DNA of 64,000 nt. It comes from Octopus sinensis. Lineage: Eukaryota. The DNA is taken from positions 6,261,360 through 6,325,359 of the forward strand of contig NC_043019.1 in NCBI RefSeq assembly GCF_006345805.1, given 5' to 3'. The position numbers and the translations under genes were made by a program. This document shows positions 38,960 through 51,299 of the stretch, piece by piece; within the stretch, counting starts at the first letter, position 1, and every line of letters starts with the position of its first letter. The notes under the pieces are model-generated. The model was not told the DNA's origin and did no database searches. It was given only the letters and a program-made list of their open reading frames with translations.

Positions 38960-39160
38960 GATTTTGACACAAGGCCAGCAATTTCGGTGGTGGGATAGGT
39001 CGATTATATAGACCCGTGTTTAACACGTACTTGTTTTATCGACCCCGAAAGGATGAAAAGTTTAGTTTGCCTCGGCGTAATTTGAGCTCAGAACGTAAAG
39101 ACGCACGAAACGCCGCTAAACATTTTGCCCGGTGTGTTAACGATTCGACCACCTTGCCGA
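38960..39160 (-). mobile_element. SINE family C monomer
   Basis: Shares core with the tandem unit; similar monomers at 50725-50935, 61710-61915 and 22470-22600. Confidence 0.75.
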
Positions 39161-39161
39161 C

Positions 39162-39308
<147 letters not shown>

Positions 39309-39744
39309 AGCCACAAACGTACACATATCCACACAGGCTGACAAACCTAAATGCATGCATATGTGAGTGTTTATATGTATATGTGTATATTTGTCTGTCT
39401 GTGCGTACGTGTATGTGCGTTTAATGAAAGTGTCGCATGTCTCCTTAATAATTCACTATATCATAATCAAGGTCAATGAAGCCTTGTCTTATAAAAAAAA
39501 AGGAAAAGACAATGTGGGAGAATAAAGAATATCAAGAATATCAAAGAAATGGAAGAGGATGATAAAATAGGTGATAAAGTATTCTTTCGTTTTCGCCCAA
39601 TGTTTTCACTTCAAATGATTCCTGTGGACATCAATGGAGATGTATAAATAAATTTTGTATTTGTAATTAGATTTCTATCGTTAAAAATGTTTCAACCTAC
39701 ACCACTTAACGTTTTCAGAAAGTTAAACAATACTAAACTGATTT

Positions 39745-40044
39745 TTTTTTTTTTTTTAACCAGACCATCAGATGTTTTACACATCGCTGGTCACAATACG
39801 TTCGCATTGTTTTAGCCTTCGAATGACGCCACCCTGCTGGCTAAGCGAGCAGGCCAACAGAAGAACAGAGAGAGAAAGAGTGGTGAAAGAGTACAGCAGG
39901 GATCACCACCATCCCCTGCCGGAGCCTCGTGGAGCTTTTAGGTGTTTTCGCTCAATAAACACTCACAACGCCCGGTCTGGGAATCGAAGCCGCGATCCTT
40001 CGACCGCGAGTCCGCTGTCCTAACCACTAGGCCATTGCGCCTCC
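39745..40044 (-). mobile_element. SINE family B, third tail type
   Basis: Family B head and long middle; tail GGTGGCGTCATTCGAAGGCTAAAACAATG shared with 55870-55925. Confidence 0.85.
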
Positions 40045-40256
40045 ACACTAAACTGATATTTTCATTATTAAATTTCCATGTCTTTCTCTTGTTTTTTGTT
40101 GTGCAACACATTTCGTCTTATTGCTCATTGATTTTTAGCACGTACGTCGCGTGCAGTTTTGCCAGATGTAGGTCACATATATTTACCTACTTACATGTGC
40201 ACACAACACAAATACACACGCGCGCGCGCACAACACACACACGAGTACACGCACTG

Positions 40257-40440
40257 AAGAAGCGTAGCTATGTGGTTGATCGTAAGGTCGTGAGTTCGAT
40301 TTCTGGAGGCGTGTTGTGTCCTTGGGCAAGACATTTGATTTCCTGTTGCTCTTGTTCACCCAGCTGGCAAAAGTGAATACTACCAGTATTTCAAAGAGAC
40401 TGCTTTGTGTCACATTCTGTGTCGCACTTAGTTTCCCTAA
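40257..40440 (+). mobile_element. SINE family B, diverged partial
   Basis: B box GAGTTCGATTTC, short middle, start of the second tail type. Confidence 0.65.
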
Positions 40441-40444
40441 ATAA

Positions 40445-40786
40445 TGACATACATACATACATACATACATACATACATACATACATACATACATACGTAC
40501 ATATATACACACATACATACATACACACACACATACATACATACATACATACATGCACGCATACATACATACATATATACATACACAAACATACATACAT
40601 ACATACATACATACATACATACACACATGCATACATACATACACACATACATACATACATACATACACACATACATATATACATACATACATATATACAT
40701 ACATGCATACATACATACATACATACATACATACATACATACATACATACATACATACATACATACATACATACAGACAGACATAC
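40445..40786. repeat. (CATA)n array
   Basis: Direct reading. Confidence 0.97.
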
Positions 40787-41185
40787 AATGCATTTTCAGT
40801 ACCAGTGCTGATCGTAACATTTGGTATACTTGATTGGTCTGTAGAGGAGATCCACATCATAGATATCAAAGCCCGCAAAATCTTGACAACAACTGAGAAC
40901 TTCCACAGAAACAGTGATGTTGACAGGCTCTACCTAAGAAGAAATTAAGATGGTAGGCGCCTGAGATCAGCACAGACGGCCTTCGAATACCGTATGGCAT
41001 CACTCAAGTAGCCCCTGCTAAAGAACAACAGCAAAAATAAATATATAAACGCAGTGTTGAAAAGTGAAGTGAGCAACATTGTACGAATTGGCTGTGAACT
41101 CCTCAAGAAACACTTCTCTTCCTGATGATCTCCTGCACAACCCCAAAACAGCTGGGCTCTCTTACCTCAGAGAAAACCTGGGATG
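40783..41185 (+). mobile_element. R4/Dong-like retrotransposon fragment (RT C-terminal region)
   Basis: YNAFSVPVLIVTFGILDWSVEEIHIIDIKARKILT..NFHRNSDVDRLYLRR; homologous to 59040-59450. Confidence 0.82.
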
Positions 41186-42044
41186 GAAAGCACTCATTTT
41201 ATTATTGTAAATATTAAAAGTTAGCTTCATCATTTTCAGACAATTTCAAAAGACTTTTATTACAAAAATTTATTAAATATCACCCAACACGTTAATGTGT
41301 TGTCAAGTACATACATCAGAGCTGGTCTTGTTAAATAACTCTCTTGACATCGGTTCTAAATTTTTGAGACTTTGCTTCAGACTTATGAGAGAGACCGACA
41401 GACAGGGGCAGACAGACAAACAGACAGAGACAGACCGACATCATTTATATCTCTCAGAAATGTAGTTATTCGATCAATATAGTTTGATGGTTGTATATGC
41501 TTGGCATGCAGAAAGAATTCCATTTTATATATTACTTTAACTTCAAAAAGTCAAATGAGGATGAAAATTTATGAATCATTAAACTACAACATATAATTAA
41601 GTAATATTTTGCTTTTGTTTTGTTTTAAAGTACTTTAGATAATGAAACCAGAGCTTCATTAAAATCGGCAACTGTATTTCTAACAAAGAAATATGAGGTA
41701 TATTTCATACCACCAACTAATTCACTGTAAAGGTCCATTAGTATGAGTTAAGTCATTTGAATATTCAATTTGATCGCGAGTCGATAGTTTTTGTTCACGT
41801 ACAATATTGTCAGCCAGCAGGTAATTATTAGTCTAGTATGTATGGATATATATGTGTGCGTAGGTGGGAAATTAACAAACAAAAGATTGTATAATGTATT
41901 GTCACTTTCTCTACATTTAGTAAAAAGTATTAAATTTTCAATATATTTTATATACTTTGCTACTTTATTCGAAATAAAGTCTTCAATCAAAGTAGACAGA
42001 CTTGATTTAAAACTAATATTTCATAGTAACACCGGTTTATATCT

Positions 42045-42282
42045 TATACATACATACATGCAAGCATGCATACATACATACAGACATACATACATACATA
42101 CTTACATACATGCAGGCATGCATGCATACATATATACATACATACTTACATACATACATACTTACATACATACAGGCATGCATGCATGCATGCATACATA
42201 CATACATACATACATACATACATACATACATACTTACATACATACATACATACACACATACTTACACACATACATACATACA

Positions 42283-42316
<34 letters not shown>

Positions 42317-42323
42317 CATACAT
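42045..42323. repeat. (CATA)n array
   Basis: Direct reading. Confidence 0.96.
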
Positions 42324-42523
42324 AGTAACTATTGTGGTTTAGTTCACAGGTGATCTAAACGATTAGGTACGCTAGGTAAATGCTGTAACAGATTACTAAG
42401 GCTCCAAGGTCGTAGCCGAGACGGTATTTATGGAGCCATTGCAGATTTCCGATGCAGCGGATATATAATTGTTAAAGAGGATAACAAACGTTAAGGCAAG
42501 GCAAATATCTCAAGCCATATTAC

Positions 42524-43507
42524 ATATATGTTCAATTAAAGGTTAAAAACCTCATTAAGGGATAATAAAATCCAATGAATATACTGGTTTATTATCTATT
42601 ACAAAAAGTATTGAATATTACATTTAATATTCACCTGTAAGGTAATTGGATAAACCGGAGTTTATATATATTTTTCAGAAAATATGAAAATAGAGAGAAT
42701 TAAATTAATAATTATTTTTAATTACAAAATTGGACATCATCTCTGACAGTTATTTCGATTCAAGACTATAACCTTGGGGCCATAGTAATCCGTACCAGCA
42801 CTTACCTCGCGTACCTAGTCATTTAGATCACCTGTGAACTGAACCTCCATACTTTGTATGAATTATCATGCAGAGCACTCAAACATCGTCATTACTGGAA
42901 AAAAATCAACGTCTTACAGCTGTTTGTGGGATATCCCAGAGTATGGAATATTCCGTCATCAGAGACAAATAGGGAAATCATTGCTTTCATCCGACTTGTG
43001 TTTATTATCGTAAAAGAAGGCCTTCCATCTCATTCTTCTGATAAGATCATTTGTTTTGCTAAATAATAGTAGAAAAGTTTTATGAGATGGAATGGGTATA
43101 TCCGTGAGATGTTGAGGAATTGTTTGTCATAGTGAGCATTACCTATATTGAGTGCTCTGCATGACAATTCATACAAAGTATGGAGGTTCAGTTCACAGGT
43201 GATCTAAACGACTAGGTACGCGAGGTAAGTACTGGTACGGATTACTATGGCCCCAAGGTTATAGTCTTGAATCGAAATAACTGTCAGAGATGATGTCCAA
43301 TTTTGTAATTAAAAAATAATTATTAATTTAATTCTCTCTATTTTCATATTTTCTGAAAAATATATATAAACTCCGGTTTATCCAATTACCTTACAGGTGA
43401 ATATTAAATGTAATATTCAATACTTTTTGTAATAGATAATAAACCAGTATATTCATTGGATTTTATTATCTCTTAATGAGGTTTTTAACCTTTAATTGAA
43501 CATATAT
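42524..43507. repeat. Long inverted repeat of Penelope-like origin: arms 42524-42882 and 43148-43507, 265-bp spacer
   Basis: Arms are reverse complements with only a few substitutions; spacer minus strand encodes IPIPSHKTFLLLFSKTNDLIRRMRWKAFFY (Penelope ORF N-terminal motif) then a hammerhead. Confidence 0.9.
42910..42967 (-). ncRNA. Degenerate hammerhead ribozyme, same family as 31204-31251
   Basis: UGUCU-CUGAUGA-CGGAAUAUUCCA-UACUC-UGGGAUAUCCCA-CAAA-CAGCUG-UA-AGACG; core GAAA reads CAAA, so probably inactive. Confidence 0.6.
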
Positions 43508-44141
43508 ATGTATATTACAATTTGGAATAAACAATCTATTTTATTTAAGAAAATCAGTTTTATAGCCTTATTCTATGTTTTGTTGATTTTTCTTTAGTTT
43601 TGTTGGAACATTAGTTTTATTAAGATGAATTAAGAATAAATACGCAAATATAATAATAAGCAAATATCCGTTCCAGACTTCGCTGTACACGGTGCAAATA
43701 ATAATTGTTTATCGATTGGTAGATATAAATACCGATCATCAAACAATTTTATTCGCTAAAAGTATAAACAAAAGCCAGCTGTTTGGTTTAGATTCATAGA
43801 TCAGTGGTACTTCTGGATGAGAAGACATGTGTTGAAACACCGGTGTCCTGCAATCCTCTGCACCAATAAGTCGAGTGTGTTGAACACACTATCGTCATAA
43901 AAGAGAGTTTTTCTCCTTTAACGTACACTACAATGACTGGTACATTTTGCGTCTGAACCTGCCAAAACGCAATGAGAATAAATATGCACATATTCGTTCC
44001 AGATCTCGTTGTACACAATGCAGGTAATGACTTAATTCATTTTCCCAAACACACCTTTAAAACCACAGAAATTATTCCATATGGAATATTATATTTAATA
44101 GATATTCTATAGGCGTAGGAGTGGCTGTGTGGTAAGTAGCT

Positions 44142-44241
44142 NNNNNNNNNNNNNNNNNNNNNNNNNNNNNNNNNNNNNNNNNNNNNNNNNNNNNNNNNNN
44201 NNNNNNNNNNNNNNNNNNNNNNNNNNNNNNNNNNNNNNNNN
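44142..44241. other. Assembly gap (100 N) flanked by truncated SINE heads
   Basis: Run of N; family A head on the left, family B head (minus) on the right. Confidence 0.99.
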
Positions 44242-44329
44242 CGATCGTGCGATCGTGAACCGAACACCCTAACCACTCAGCCACGCGTCTTCACTTTCAA
44301 TGGCATCAGTCTTTACTGGGTGTAACTAA

Positions 44330-44710
44330 ACTTGTTGTTGATTCACACTGAGATTCGATGACCAACATATATGGGTTGTAGTTTATACGGGTAGGCCCCT
44401 CATCTGGTATCCCACATTCTCTGACACCTTTTCCAGCAACAACTTGGCGCGTTCGGCTACCAACCCAGGCTCCGCTGCTCGTCAGCCTGAGAAAAACAAA
44501 CTGTCAAAGTGTCGGCCGCTCCCTGACAGATTTATGCCGGAGCCTGTTGCAGTGGAGACCTCTGGTGTTCCCGGCAACCGGACCATGGCCCTACTCACTG
44601 CTATCGCGGCAGATATGGTTATCTGCAAGTGCATTCCCAGTGAGTTAGAGCGGCTGTTCCAGCGAATCGCCCTCGCCATTCTTGGGGCTAACGCCATTTC
44701 CATTTAGTCT
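44330..44710 (+). mobile_element. CRE-like non-LTR retrotransposon REL endonuclease C-terminal fragment
   Basis: LIWYPTFSDTF, GSAARQPEKNK, PVAVETSG, LFQRIALAILGANA match the AA..AE..K..PxAVETxG..LFQR...GNA pattern. Confidence 0.65.
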
Positions 44711-44925
44711 GTTAAGATTTTGGGGTGGTCTGAATTACAGGGCATCGGAGAATGTCAGAAGTGAAAAGATTTCAAGCGGCTTAATGGAACTAGTGACTTT
44801 TTATACGGGCAGCAGAGGTTAATTCTTAAACTTGTGTGACTGACTGCTAGATCTAGGGTGATACATCTGGATTGTTTACTGCCAATGGCTTGAAGTGCAT
44901 TAACAGGGCGTATCTCTGTTATCAG

Positions 44926-45226
44926 TGGAAGCACATGGCCTAGTGGTTAGGGCAGCGGACTCGCGGTCGAGGTATCGCGGGTTCGAATCTCAGACCGGGC
45001 GATGTGTGCGTATATGAGCGAAACACCTAATCTCCACGCGGCTCCGGCAGAAGGTAATGGCGAACTTCTGCTGACTCTTTCGCCACAACTTTCTCTCACT
45101 CTTTCCTCCTGCATCTTGCAGCTCAACTGCGACGGACCGGCGTCCCGTCCAGGTGGGGAACCTATACACCAAGGAAACCGGAAAACCGACCCTTATGAGT
45201 CAGGGATGGCTCGAGAAGGAACAAAC
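44926..45226 (+). mobile_element. SINE family B
   Basis: Near-identical to 8006-8310. Confidence 0.9.
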
Positions 45227-46876
45227 TATCTCTGGTATCAACAATAAGACGGTTTACTCTTTCTCCTGATGTATACCGCAAGTTATTGGAATTTGTGTAG
45301 TCTCTTGAAGTGACAGAGATGAGAATTGCGAATCACAAGTGAGTGAGGAGGGGCCATGATAATAATATTCCATTTGATGCTGGGTAAGTCATTTCGATGT
45401 AACAATTAGTAAGAGTTGTAAGAAGTCGGTAAAAATTTGATTTAAAAGTGTAAGGATAGTAGAATAATTAAGTAAGCGAGAAAGTAAAAAAAAAAATGTG
45501 TGTATGTCTGTATGTTATTAAGGGAGTTAGAATAAAAATGTAAGAAAACAGTTAATCTATGCAAGGGAAAAAGAAAGTAAGGATAGCAATAAGAATATAA
45601 TAAATATATCATATGCCGGAAAGAGGTTTTAAAAAAAGTGTAAAATGACAAAAATATATATGTAAAAAAAATAAGTTAAGATACATTTAATGAAAATTGC
45701 AAAAATAAAGACTAAAATAAAACGTGAGAAAATAGTAAAAATCAATTAAATATAATTGTGAGAAAGTAAAGCAGTAAAGAAACAAAGGTCCCTAAAGAAT
45801 TTAATAGAAACTGTAAACGTGTAAAGGAGACAACTCAAAATAGTATGGAAGTAACGTTAGAGAAGACAGTGCGAAATGTGTGGAATACTGCAATGAACAG
45901 AGAGATAAAATGTAAGGGAATAAGTAGAAGAAGGAAATTTTGAAAGATATGGAACAGAAGGAATAAGAAATGCAAGGAAGAGAGAAATATAGAAGAAAGG
46001 CAAAAATATGATTATAGAAATTTGATATGTGAAGTAGGGATTAAAAACAAGTAAGGATGGCAATAATATAATTATGAAAATAATAATGTAAAGCAGACGA
46101 AATGTATGGAAGGAAGTAAAAGGTAAAAGAATGGTGGAAAGAAATAAATGAAAAGTGTAAAAAAGTATATGAGTGTGTTATATTATAAGGCACAAAAAGA
46201 AAATGACTCTCCCCAGACACAACAGAATATGCTTCAACACACGAACTCATATAAAGAATCTTGCAAACCAAATCTAAAAACGAAATAAAAATGTAAGGAA
46301 AACCGAAAAATATATGGAAGTCAATAAAATATGGAAGACAATATCTAATGCAGAAAAGAGTGAAAACATTAGCCAAATTAGGGAAATATAAAGATTCCTG
46401 TAATACAATGTAATGTAAAAGACAAGAGAAAATGTAAAAAATGTAAGGAAGTCAGTGAACATTATGCTGAAAAGCGTCAAAAGATTCAAGAAAAACATCA
46501 ACAAAATCCGAAGATAGGAAAAAAAAAAGTATGTGACTAAATCTTAGGATAAGAGCAAAAAAAAAGTAAAAGAGAGGATTTAGAAAATTTAGGAAGACAT
46601 TGAGATTATGTAAGGAAGACACTAAACTTAAGTGTGGAACATGATAAGATGACGTAAGAAAGATCGGATAGCGGTAAGGAAGACCGTAAAAGGGCAAAGT
46701 AAACAGTAAACATTGTGAAAGGTGTGTAAATAATATAAGGAAAGAGGTAAAAGGTCGTAACTATTAGAAATGTTTATGGAAAGAGTAAAAGTGTGTATGG
46801 GAGAAGAGTGTGTTAGGAGTACTGAAAAATGGTAAGACAGTTATAAAGGTTAAGGAAGACGGCATTATATATATAT

Positions 46877-46916
<40 letters not shown>

Positions 46917-47323
46917 AGAAATGGAAAATGGCCAGTGAAAATGCACGAAAGACAGCGAAAATATATGAAAGGGCTATAAAGGTTAAACAATGCAAAGATC
47001 TCCGAAATAAGTGTAGAAAGACGGAAAATATATTAGCTGGAATGCAAAAAACAAAAACTATGTTAAGATGATAATAAAAATTATAAGGAAATTAATAAGA
47101 AATTTGAGGGAAAATAGTTAAAAACATGTATAGATGACAGTAAACAAATGGTATAGAAATAGTGAAAGCGTTCATGATTTTCTTCTTCGTACATCTCCAT
47201 TTTCGTTACACTTTTTATCTCTTTTCTTTTATATTTCACCCTCTTCCTTATATCTTATACTGTTTTCTAACAATAATAAATAGAAGGGTGTAAAAGTCGG
47301 ATTAACAGCGTTACGATGTGTTG

Positions 47324-47605
47324 TGGAGGCGCAATGGCCCAGTGGTTAGGGCAACGGACTCGCGGTCGGAGGATCGCGGTTTCGATTCCCAGACCGGGCG
47401 TTGCGCGTGTTTATTGAACGAAAACACCTAAAGCTCCACGAGGCTCCGGCAGGGCGTGGTGGCGACCCCTGTTGTACTCTTTCGCCCCAACTTTCTCTCA
47501 CTCTTACTTCCTGTTTCTTGAGTAACGCTGCGATGGACTGGTGTCATGTCCAGCTGGGGGAAACACATAGGCTACAGAAACTTGGAATCCGGGCCCATGA
47601 GCCTG
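47324..47605 (+). mobile_element. SINE family B
   Basis: Consensus match to 18902 and 61930 copies. Confidence 0.9.
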
Positions 47606-48112
47606 ACTATTCCGAGGTGGTACTCTAATATCTAATTTATCGTTTATTTAAGACGGCAGTCGTAAGGATGTGTGAAATGGAGTGAATTCAGATATTTCTT
47701 GGTCGTTACGACTTTGGAAATATCTTCTTATATGTGAAATACATAAAAAAAACTACAGCAGCACAGAATTAAGAAATACCTGTAATGAAAGTCAAGAAAA
47801 CTCACAGAAATATATCCCAAAAGGTATCTTATTATTATTATTATTGTTATTATCAGCACAGTCATGTCACCGAAGATTGGAGTTTCGAATTAGCTTCTGG
47901 CACGTTTCCAGGTATGAAGCCTAACAATTTCCTTCTATGGTTTTCTTTAACTTCGAATTTCGTCAAGTAGAGTGTATAAAAGTGAGGTTTATATGGGAGA
48001 GAAATTACGTGAGAGAAATGCCAACTGGTTTAGCGAGACCAAACAATCAGATCACAGTATAGATATGTTTTAATAGCGCACTACGCATACACATATAAAA
48101 AACATCATATAT

Positions 48113-48261
<149 letters not shown>

Positions 48262-48262
48262 A

Positions 48263-48679
48263 GGCGCAGAGTGGCTGTTTGGTAAGTAGCTTGCTAAACA
48301 ACCACATGGTTCCGGGTTCAGTCCCACTGCGTGGCATCTTGGGCAAATGTCTTCTGCTATAGTTCCGGGCCAACCAATGCCTTGCGAGTGGATGTGGTAG
48401 ACGGAAACTGAAAGAAGCCTGTCGTGTATATGTATATATATATATATATATAAGTGTGTGTGTATATGTTTGTGTGTCTGTGTTTGTTCCCCCTAGCATT
48501 GCTTGACAACCGATGCTGGTGTGTTTACGTCCCCGTCACTTAGCGGTTCGGCAAAAGAGACCGATAGAATAAGTACTGGGCTTACAAAGAATAAGTCCCG
48601 GGGTCGATTTGCTCGACTAAAGGCGGTGCTCCAGCATGGCCGCAGTCAAATGACTGAAACAAGTAAAAGAGTAAAGAGT
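48263..48679 (+). mobile_element. SINE family A next to a (TA)n array
   Basis: Full consensus. Confidence 0.93.
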
Positions 48680-48944
48680 AATATAGATAGATAGATAGAT
48701 AATAATAATAATAATAATTATTATTATTATTATTTCTGGGAATCGAAACAGCGATCCTCCGACCGCGAGTCCGCTGCCCTAACCATTGGGCCATTGCGCC
48801 TCCACTGTTTCTGCTACTGCCATTAATGTTGCTGTGGTTCTTGTTATCGTCATTGTCGTTATAGCTGCCATTTTTTAATGCTGTTGTTACAGAGTTGTTG
48901 CTTTAGAGGAGATACAGAATGATGGATGAAATAGACAGACCCAC

Positions 48945-49031
48945 TCACACACACACACTCACACACACACACTCACACACACACCTGTGCATATGCATAT
49001 AAACGCGCGTGCACATATATACAAACGCATG

Positions 49032-49065
<34 letters not shown>

Positions 49066-49239
49066 GGTATGTATGTATGTATGTATGTATATATATATAT
49101 ATATATGTAATATATATATATATGTATATATATATATACATATATATATATATGTGTATATATATATGTATATATATATGTATATATATATGTATATATA
49201 TATATGTATGTATATAGATTATATATGTATATATAATAT

Positions 49240-49270
<31 letters not shown>

Positions 49271-49700
49271 GTATATATATATGTGTATATATATATGTAT
49301 ATAGATATAGATATGTATATAGATATAGATATATATATAGATATAGATATATATATATATACATACACATACGCATACATACAAGCGTTCATACAAGGTC
49401 ACACGCACAGACAGACACAACACACATATATATACGCTTGTATTCTCATATACAGACACACTCGCATACACATACACATATATATATACACATGTATATA
49501 TATATTATATATATATATATATATAGGTATATATATATGTATATATATGTATATATGTATATATATGTATATAGTATACATACATATATATAAATATATA
49601 TATATATATATATGTATGTATATATGTATATATATATGTGTGTGATATATATATATATATATATATATGTATATGTATACTCTCACACACATACGTATAC
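48945..49700. repeat. Compound (CA)n/(TATG)n/(TA)n microsatellite
   Basis: Direct reading. Confidence 0.95.
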
Positions 49701-50104
49701 ACTTTCGCAGACAAGCACATACGCGAGCGCGTAAACACACTGTCACAAACTGTATACAACTGTCACAAACAAGCATAGGCACATACGCATATTCCACGCA
49801 TTCAATCACAGACACGCAAGTTTTGAATTAGCGATTCTTCGTGTTCACAAGATCCTCAAACAGGCCAATAAGACAAACACAACGAGGGACTTCATTGCAA
49901 TTAAACGCATCCGTATTACTTTCAAGGATAATAGAGATAAAAAAAATAAACTTAGAGAAAAATTTAAACCGAAGCAAATATTGTAACTAAAGATGCTTTC
50001 CACATGATCATCCGGGCTTTTCCATGGTGTGTGTGTGAGTGTGAGGTGGAGGGGAATAAGGCATCAATTAAATGGCTGCTGTATGGAATGGGATGTATCT
50101 CTTC

Positions 50105-50520
50105 TTTTTTTTTTCTCTTTTTACTTGTTTCAGTCATATGACTGCGGCCATGCTGGAGCACCGCCTTTAGTCGAGCAAATCGACCCCGGGACTTATTCTT
50201 TGTAAGCCCAGTACTTATTCTATCGGTCTCTTTTGCCGAACCGCTAAGTGACGGGGACGTAAACACACCAGCATCGGTTGTCAAGCAATGCTAGGGGAAC
50301 AAACACAGACACACAAACATATTCACACACACTTATATATATATATATACATATATACGACAGGCTTCTTTCAGTTTCCGTCTACCAAATCCACTCACAA
50401 GGCGTTGGTCGGCCCGGGGCTATAGCAGAAGACAATTGCCCAAGATGTCACGCAGTGGGACTGAACCCGGAACCATGTGGTTGGTTAGCAAGCTACTTAC
50501 CAAACAGCCACTCCTGCGCC
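50105..50520 (-). mobile_element. SINE family A
   Basis: Full consensus. Confidence 0.93.
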
Positions 50521-50724
50521 TATGGTGATAAATTATAAATTCTCTTGGTAGTCAAATGCTTCACGGCTCGATCCCAAATGCAGTGGCATATTCGTTAGGT
50601 GTCTTTTCATGGATAATTTCAGTCTATTGACGCTGTTATTTAAAACACCGTATTACAACCGTATTGCAATGCATTCCGTCTGAAATAGTTCATCTCAGCC
50701 GATATTGATTTCAAATGTTTCAAA

Positions 50725-51237
50725 TTTTGGCACAAGGCCAGCAAGTTCGCGGAGTAGAGTGATTAAATCGATTACATCGACCCCAGTGTTCCACTGCTAC
50801 TTATTTTAACGACCTCGTAAGGATAAAAGGTAAAGTCAAACTCGGCGAAATTTGAACTCAAAACGTAAAGACGGACGAAATGCCGCTAAGCATTTTTCCC
50901 GGCGTGCTAGCGATTCTGCCAGCTCACCACCTTTTTTTTTTGGTACTCATCGTCAATATCACTAAATTCTTTTCTACTCTAGGCACAAGGCCTGAAGTTT
51001 TGCGGAGATAAAAGGTTAAGTCAACCGCGGCGGAATTTGAACTCAGAACGTAAAGACAGACGAAATACCTATTTCTTTACTACCACAAGGCGCTAAACAC
51101 AGGGAGGTCATACAAGGACAGACAAAGGGATTAAGTCGATTATATCGACTCCAGTGCGTAACTGGTACTTATTTAATCGACCCCGAAAGGAATTTGAACT
51201 CAGAACGTAGCGGCAGAAGAAATACCGCTTAGCATTT
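50725..51237 (-). mobile_element. Cluster of SINE family C copies and partial tandem units
   Basis: Reverse complement of family C core (GGCGGAATTTGAACTCAGAACG) three times. Confidence 0.8.
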
Positions 51238-51299
51238 AAACATGCGGAAGAATTTGTGCTTACACGTAGTGAAGGACTCGATGTATTTATTAAGCTTTT

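Noticed and set aside
43813-43847. Hammerhead-like CTGGATGA...GAAACACCGGTGTC
   Set aside because: Core has an extra G and no stem I pairing can be formed
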